From contig OZ024740.1 in NCBI GenBank assembly GCA_964016885.1, forward strand, positions 336,536,001-336,600,000: a stretch of DNA of 64,000 nucleotides, given 5' to 3'. This document shows positions 56,490 through 64,000 of this stretch, one piece after another. This DNA is from Eledone cirrhosa (Eukaryota). The notes beneath the pieces are model-generated. The model saw only the letters and a list, made by a program, of their open reading frames with translations, was not told where the DNA came from and searched no databases. Every line of letters starts with the position of its first letter. Positions within the stretch are counted from its first letter, which is position 1. A program made the translations under genes and the position numbers.

Positions 56490-56775
56490 CCTCAAGACAA
56501 TGAAAGATGCAATAAAAATTCCACGAGAAATATAACAAATATTCAGCTGTAGACAAAATAGTGAGTGCATTACTGCGAAGGAGATGCGCTGAAAGAGCCA
56601 GTCAACCTCGTGAGACTCGTTTTTGCGGTTGGCCACCTCCATCCCGATCAAATTAAGTAGGGAGATGGTTCGGAAACCCAGGCTACCAGATAGTTCTATC
56701 ACTATGGATTCGACAAGAAACCAGTAAGAAAGCAGCCGATACTTTTTTGTCGGCTTGCTGTTTTCAGTCTGAGAA
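56490..56775 (-). mobile_element. second CRE-clade 3' fragment
   Basis: KKYRLL...IELSGSLG...IG...E.DWLFQRISFAV. Confidence 0.7.
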
Positions 56776-57019
56776 TTTTGGATCCATCAATATAATGCTG
56801 ATGTTTCGGAATAAGCTGTGCGCATTAAAGTATAACAATAAGCCTGCACACATCCTAATGTAACAATCAGTTGGTAAACTTCCTAAGATACCAATAAGCT
56901 ATACACAATATATAACACGAGGCTGTACACATGAATATATAACAGTAAGCTATGCATATAAATATATATAATAGTAAGCTGTACACATCAGTAGAAACAC
57001 TAAAAAAAAAAAGAGCATT

Positions 57020-57130
57020 AAATATTTGTCGACTTGTCTAAGGTATTCAACGCAGTCACTCATGGATTATTGGATTCTTATTTTTATTAAGGAAAATGGG
57101 GACGTTAAGCCCCACACTTTTTGATTTTAA
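57020..57130 (+). mobile_element. CR1/L2-type reverse transcriptase remnant
   Basis: IFVDLSKVFNAVTHGLL, compare FxDLSKAFDxVxH. Confidence 0.55.
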
Positions 57131-57387
57131 AACGCTTTTAAGCCATAGGAAGCACTGCTAAACATAAACTAATCAGAACGAATAAATATATTGTTGTCAA
57201 CTACAGCAAATTTATTGAAAAAAATACATAATTTATTTTAAAACAGTAACCTTTAAAGTGGAGACTATTATCCACACGTGCAGGGTATAGGGCCAGGTCT
57301 CAAAACTGAAGTTCATAATGTTTTAGTTCTAATTTAGGCCTAATGGGTTCAATTATCGCACATCCATTCCTCCTCTTCCATCTCCTC

Positions 57388-60300
57388 TGGTTGGGGTTGG
57401 AGCTGGGGGTGTTGGATCTCTGTGGTTGGGGTTGGAGCTAGGGGTGTTGGATCTCTGTGGTTGGGGTTGGAGCTGGAGGTGTTGGATCTCTGTGGTTGAG
57501 GTTGGAGCTGGGGGTGTTGGATCTCTGTGGGGTTGGAGCTGGAGGTGTTGGATCTCTGTGGGGTTGGAACTGGGGGTGTTGGATCTCTGTGGGGTTGGAG
57601 CTGGAGGTGTTGGATCTCTGTGGTTGGGGTTGGCTGGGGGTGTTGGATCTCTGTGGGGTTTGAGCTGGAGGTGTTGGGTCTCTGTGGTTGGGGTTGGAGC
57701 TGGAGGTGTTGGATCTCTGTGGTTGGGGTTGGAGCTGGAGGTGTTGGATCTCTGTGGTTGGGGTTGGAGCTGGGGGTGTTGGATCTCTGTGGTTGGGGTT
57801 GGAGCTGGGGGTGTAGGATATCTGTGGTTGGGGTTGGAGCTGGAGGTGTTGGATCTCTGTGGTTGGAGCTGGAGGTGTTGGATCTCTGTGGTTGGGGTTG
57901 GAGCTGGAGGTGTTGGATCTCTGTGGTTGGGGTTGGAGCTGGAGGTGTTGGATCTCTGTGGTTGGGGTTGGGGTTGGAGTTGGGGGTGTTGGATCTCTGT
58001 GGTTGGGGCTGGAGTTGGGGGTGTTGGTACTCTGTGGTTGGGGCTGGAGCTGGAGGTGTTGGATCTCTGTGGTTGGGGCTGGAGTTGGGGGTGTTGGATC
58101 TCTGTGGTTGGGGCTGGAGCTGGGGGTGTTGGATCTCTGTGGTTGGGGCTGGAGCTGGAGGTGTTGGATCTCTGTGGTTGGGGGCTGGAGCTGGGGGTGT
58201 TGGATCTCTGTGGTTGGGGCTGGAGTTGGGGGTGTTGGATCTCTGTGGTTGGGGTTGGAGCTGGGGGTGTTGGATCTCTGTGGTTGGGGTTGGAGCTGGG
58301 GGTGTTGGATCTCTGTGGGGTTGGAGCTGGGGGTGTTGGATCTCTGTGGTTGGGGTTGGAGCTGGGGGTGTTGGATCTCTGTGGTTGGGGTTGGAGCTGG
58401 GGGTGTTGGATCTCTGTGGTTGGGGTTGGAGCTGGGGGTGTTGTATCTCTGTAGTTGGGGTTGGAGCTGGGGGTGTTGGATCTCTGTGGTTGGGGTTGGA
58501 GCTGGAGGTGTTGGATCTCTGTGGTTGGAGTTGGAGCTGGGGGTGTTGGATCTCTGTGGTTGGGGTTGGATGGGGGTGTTGGATCTCTGTGGTTGGGGTT
58601 GGAGCTGGGGGTGTTGGATCTCTGTGGTTGGAGTTGGAGCTGGGGGTGTTGGATCTCTGTGGTTGGAGTTGGAGCTGGGGGTGTTGGATCTCTGTGGTTG
58701 GAGTTGGAGCTGGGGGTGTTGGATCTCTGTGGTTGGGGTTGGAGCTGGGGGTGTTGGATCTCTGTGGTTGGAGTTGGAGCTGGGGGTGTTGGATCACTGT
58801 GGTTGGAGTTGGAGCTGGAGGTGTTGGATCTCTGTGGTTGGGGTTGGAGCTGGGGGTGTTGGATCTCTGTGGTTGGGGTTGGAGCTGGGGGTGTTGGATC
58901 TCTGTGGTTGGGGTTGGAGCTGGGGGTGTTGGATCTCTGTGGTTGGAGTTGGAGCTGGGGGTGTTGGATCTCTGTGGTTGGGGTTGGAGCTGGGGGTGTT
59001 GGATCTCTGTGGTTGGGGTTGGAGCTGGGGGTGTTGGATCTCTGTGGTTGGAGTTGGAGCTGGGGGTGTTGGATCTCTGTGGTTGGGGTTGGAGCTGGGG
59101 GTGTTGGATCTCTGTGGTTGGGGTTGGAGCTGGGGGTGTTGGATCTCTGTGGTTGGGGTTGGAGCTGGAGGTGTTGGATCTCTGTGGTTGGTGTTGGAGC
59201 TGGGGGTGTTGGATCTCTGTGGTTGGGGTTGGAGCTGGAGGTGTTGGATCTCTGTGGGGTTGGAGCTGGGGGTGTTGGATCTCTGTGGTTGGGGTTGGAG
59301 CTGGGGATGTTGGATCTCTGTGGTTGGAGTTGGAGCTGGGGGTGTTGGATCTCTGTGGTTGGAGTTGGAGCTGGGGGTGTTGGATCTCTGTGGTTGGAGT
59401 TGGAGCTGGGGGTGTTGGATCTCTGTGGTTGGAGTTGGAGCTGGGGGTGTTGGATCTCTGTGGTTGGAGTTGGAGCTGGGGGTGTTGGATCTCTGTGGTT
59501 GGAGTTGGAGCTGGGGGTGTTGGATCTCTGTGGTTGGGGTTGAAGCTGGGGGTGTTGGATCTCTGTGGTTGGGGTTGGAGCTGGGGGTGTTGGATCTCTG
59601 TGGTTGGGGTTGGAGCTGGGGGTGTTGGATCTCTGTGGTTGGAGTTGGAGCTGGGGGTGTTGGATCTCTGTGGTTGGAGTTGGAGCTGGGGGTGTTGGAT
59701 CTCTGTGGTTGGGGTTGGAGCTGGGGGTGTTGGATCTCTGTGGTTGGGGTTGGAGCTGGAGGTGTTGGATCTCTGTGGGGTTGGAGCTGGGGGTGTTGGA
59801 TCTCTGTGGTTGGGGTTGGAGCTGGGGGTGTTGGATCTCTGTGGTTGGAGTTGGAGCTGGGGGTGTTGGATCTCTGTGGTTGGAGTTGGAGCTGGGGGTG
59901 TTGGATCTCTGTGGTTGGAGTTGGAGCTGGGGGTGTTGGATCTCTGTGGTTGGAGTTGGAGCTGGGGGTGTTGGATCTCTGTGGTTGGGGTTGGAGCTGG
60001 GGGTGTTGGATCTCTGTGGTTGGAGTTGGAGCTGGGGGTGTTGGATCTCTGTGGTTGGAGTTGGAGCTGGGGGTGTTGGATCTCTGTGGTTGGAGTTGGA
60101 GCTGGGGGTGTTGGATCTCTGTGGTTGGGGTTGGAGCTGGGGGTGTTGGATCTCTGTGGTTGGGGTTGGAGCTGGGGGTGTTGGATCTCTGTGGTTGGGG
60201 TTGGAGCTGGGGGTGTTGGATCTCTGTGGTTGGAGTTGGAGCTGGGGGTGTTGGATCTCTGTGGTTGGAGTTGGAGCTGGGGGTGTTGGATCTCTGTGGT

Positions 60301-63300
60301 TGGGGTTGGAGCTGGGGGTGTTGGATCTCTGTCGTTGGGGTTGGAGCTGGGGGTATTGGATCTCTGTGGTTGGAGTTGGAGCTGGGGGTGTTGGATCTCT
60401 GTGGTTGGGGTTGGAGCTGGGGGTGTTGGATGTCTGTGGTTGGGGTTGGAGCTGGGGGTGTTGGATCTCTGTGGTTAGGGTTGGAGCTGGAGGTGTTGGA
60501 TCTCTGTGGTTGGGGTTGGAGCTGGGGGTGTTGGATATCTGTGGTTGGGGTTGGAGCTGGGGGTGGTGGATCTCTGTGGTTGGGGTTGGAGCTGGAGGTG
60601 TTGGATCTCTGTCGGGTTGGAGCTGGGGGTGTTGGATCTCTGTGGTTGAAGCTGGAGCTGGGGGTGTTGGATCTCTGTGGTTGGGGTTGGAGCTGGGGGT
60701 GTTGGATCTATGTGGTTGGGGTTGGAGCTTGGGGTGTTGGATCTCTGTGGTTGGGGTTGGAGCTGGAGGTGTTGGATCTCTGTGGGGTTGGAGCTGGGGG
60801 GGTTGGATATCTGTGGTTGGGGTTGGAGCTGGGGGTGTTGGATCTCTGTGGTTGGGGTTGGAGCTGGAGGTGTTGGATCTCTGTGGTTGGGGTTGGAGCT
60901 GGGGGTGTTGGATATCTGTGGTTGGGGTTGGAGCTGGGGGTGTTGGATCTCTGTGGTTGAGGTTGGAGATGGAGGTGTTGGATCTCTGTGGGGTTGGAGC
61001 TGGGGGTGTTGGATCTCTGTGGGGTTGGAGCTGGGGGTGTTGGATCTCTGTGGTTGGGGTTGGAGCTGGGGGTGTTGGATCTCTGTGGTTGGGGTTGGAG
61101 CTGGAGGTGTTGGATCTCTGTGGGGTTGGAGCTGGGGGTGTTGGATCTCTGTGGGGTTGGAGCTGGGGGTGTTGGATCTCTGTGGTTGGGGTTGGAGCTG
61201 GAGGTGTTGGATCTCTGTGGTTGGAGTTGGAGCTGGGGGTGTTGGATCTCTGTGGTTGGAGTTGGAGCTGGGGGTGTTGGATCTCTGTGGTTGGAGTTGG
61301 AGCTGGGGGTGTTGGATCTCTGTGGTTGGGGTTGGAGCTGGGGGTGTTGGATCTCTGTGGTTGGAGTTGGAGCTGGGGGTGTTGGATCTCTGTGGTTGGA
61401 GTTGGAGCTGGGGGTGTTGGATCTCTGTGGTTGGAGTTGGAGCTGGGGGTGTTGGATCTCTGTGGTTGGGGTTGAAGCTGGGGGTGTTGGATCTCTGTGG
61501 TTGGGGTTGGAGCTGGGGGTGTTGGATCTCTGTGGTTGGGGTTGGAGCTGGGGGTGTTGGATCTCTGTGGTTGGGGTTGGAGCTGGGGGTGTTGGATCTC
61601 TGTGGTTGCGGTTGGAGCTGGAGGTGTTGGATCTCTGTGGGGTTGGAGCTGGGGGTGTTGGATCTCTGTGGTTGGGGTTGGAGCTGGAGGTGTTGGATCT
61701 CTGTGGTTGGAGTTGGAGCTGGGGGTGTTGGATCTCTGTGGTTGGAGTTGGAGCTGGGGGTGTTGGATCTCTGTGGTTGGAGTTGGAGCTGGGGGTGTTG
61801 GATCTCTGTGGTTGGAGTTGGAGCTGGGGGTGTTGGATCTCTGTGGTTGGGGTTGGAGCTGGGGGTGTTGGATCTCTGTGGTTGGAGTTGGAGCTGGGGG
61901 TGTTGGATCTCTGTGGTTGGAGTTGGAGCTGGGGGTGTTGGATCTCTGTGGTTGGAGTTGGAGCTGGGGGTGTTGGATCTCTGTGGTTGGGGTTGGAGCT
62001 GGGGGTGTTGGATCTCTGTGGTTGGAGTTGGAGCTGGGGGTGTTGGATCTCTGTGGTTGGGGTTGGAGCTGGGGGTGTTGGATCTCTGTGGTTGGAGTTG
62101 GAGCTGGGGGTGTTGGATCTCTGTGGTTGGAGTTGGAGCTGGGGGTGTTGGATCTCTGTGGTTGGGGTTGGAGCTGGGGGTGTTGGATCTCTGTCGTTGG
62201 GGTTGGAGCTGGGGGTATTGGATCTCTGTGGTTGGAGTTGGAGCTGGGGGTGTTGGATCTCTGTGGTTGGGGTTGGAGCTGGGGGTGTTGGATCTCTGTC
62301 GTTGGGGTTGGAGCTGGGGGTGTTGGATCTCTGTGGTTGGGGTTGGAGCTGGAGGTGTTGGATCTCTGTGGTTGGGGTTGGAGCTGGGGGTGTTGGATAT
62401 CTGTGGTTGGGGTTGGAGCTGGGGGTGGTGGATCTCTGTGGTTGGGGTTGGAGCTGGAGGTGTTGGATCTCTGTCGGGTTGGAGCTGGGGGTGTTGGATC
62501 TCTGTGGTTGAAGCTGGAGCTGGGGGTGTTGGATCTCTGTGGTTGGGGTTGGAGCTGGGGGTGTTGGATCTCTGTGGTTGGGGTTGGAGCTGGGGGTGTT
62601 GGATCTCTGTGGGGTTGGAGCTGGGGGTGTTGGATCTCTGTGGTTGGGGTTGGAGCTGGGGGTGTTGGATCTCTGTGGTTGGGGTTGGAGCTGGGGGTGT
62701 TGGATCTCTGTGGTTGGGGTTGGAGCTGGGGGTGTTGTATCTCTGTAGTTGGGGTTGGAGCTGGGGGTGTTGGATCTCTGTGGTTGGGGTTGGAGCTGGA
62801 GGTGTTGGATCTCTGTGGTTGGAGTTGGAGCTGGGGGTGTTGGATCTCTGTGGTTGGGGTTGGATGGGGGTGTTGGATCTCTGTGGTTGGGGTTGGAGCT
62901 GGGGGTGTTGGATCTCTGTGGTTGGAGTTGGAGCTGGGGGTGTTGGATCTCTGTGGTTGGAGTTGGAGCTGGGGGTGTTGGATCTCTGTGGTTGGAGTTG
63001 GAGCTGGGGGTGTTGGATCTCTGTGGTTGGGGTTGGAGCTGGGGGTGTTGGATCTCTGTGGTTGGAGTTGGAGCTGGGGGTGTTGGATCACTGTGGTTGG
63101 AGTTGGAGCTGGGGGTGTTGGATCTCTGTGGTTGGGGTTGGAGCTGGGGGTGTTGGATCTCTGTGGTTGGGGTTGGAGCTGGGGGTGTTGGATCTCTGTG
63201 GTTGGGGTTGGAGCTGGGGGTGTTGGATCTCTGTGGTTGGAGTTGGAGCTGGGGGTGTTGGATCTCTGTGGTTGGGGTTGGAGCTGGGGGTGTTGGATCT

Positions 63301-64000
63301 CTGTGGTTGGGGTTGGAGCTGGGGGTGTTGGATCTCTGTGGTTGGAGTTGGAGCTGGGGGTGTTGGATCTCTGTGGTTGGGGTTGGAGCTGGGGGTGTTG
63401 GATCTCTGTGGTTGGGGTTGGAGCTGGGGGTGTTGGATCTCTGTGGTTGGGGTTGGAGCTGGAGGTGTTGGATCTCTGTGGTTGGTGTTGGAGCTGGGGG
63501 GGTGGATCTCTGTGGTTGGGGTTGGAGCTGGAGGTGTTGGATCTCTGTCGGGTTGGAGCTGGGGGTGTTGGATCTCAGTGGTTGGGGCTGGAGCTGGGGG
63601 TGTTGGATCTCTGTGGTTGGGGTTGGAGCTGGGGGTGTTGGATCTCTGTGGTTGGGGTTGGAGCTGGGGGTGTTGGATCTCTGTGGTTGGGGTTGGAGCT
63701 GGAGGTGTTGGATCTCTGTGGGGTTGGAGCTGGGGGTGTTGGATCTCTGTGGTTGGGGTTGGAGCTGGGGATGTTGGATCTCTGTGGTTGGAGTTGGAGC
63801 TGGGGGTGTTGGATCTCTGTGGTTGGAGTTGGAGCTGGGGGTGTTGGATCTCTGTGGTTGGAGTTGGAGCTTGGGGTGTTGGATCTCTGTGGTTGGAGTT
63901 GGAGCTGGGGGTGTTGGATCTCTGTGGTTGGGGTTGGAGCTGGGGGTGTTGGATCTCTGTGGTTGGAGTTGGAGCTGGGGGTGTTGGATCTCTGTGGTTG
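57388..64000. repeat. 35-bp G-rich minisatellite GGTTGG(G/A)GTTGGAGCTGG(G/A)GGTGTTGGATCTCTGT, ~190 copies, continuing past the window end
   Basis: Unit read directly; 30-bp deletion variants are interspersed. Confidence 0.99.

Noticed and set aside
57353-63091. 1912-aa ORF and overlapping 340-1030 aa ORFs as real genes
   Set aside because: The 35-bp unit is not a multiple of 3 and has no stop in any frame, 5-bp deletions shift frame freely, and the annotated start is not ATG.
57388-64000. telomeric repeat
   Set aside because: GGTTGG sub-motifs resemble telomeres, but there is no (TTAGGG)n and the unit is a complex 35-mer.

Overview
AT-rich, repeat-saturated animal genomic DNA. The SINE sequences and extreme microsatellite load look like octopus/cephalopod, which is an inference from memory, not a database hit. 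I see no intact multi-exon gene wholly inside the window. Main content: about 35 tRNA-derived SINE copies in two families; fragments of several non-LTR retrotransposon clades (Tx1, RTE, R4-like, CRE, CR1/L2, Penelope-like with hammerhead motifs); mariner- and hAT-type MITEs; and four large minisatellites (25, 80, 50 and 35 bp units). Most notable: (i) a heavily decayed multi-exon gene on the minus strand (~29.6-40.7 kb) readable as CUB - trypsin-like protease - MAM-like - Ser/Thr/Pro-rich plus 34-aa-repeat tail; (ii) minisatellites whose parent sequence is still visible, one inside a mariner MITE and one inside the protease exon; (iii) a fold-back element with two convergent tRNA-like Pol III cassettes; (iv) a near-canonical minimal hammerhead ribozyme at ~41.7 kb. 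The 1912-aa ORF at the right end is best explained as an artefact of a stop-free 35-bp repeat. A possible first coding exon runs off the left edge on the minus strand. Family assignments come from manual motif reading and many boundaries are approximate.
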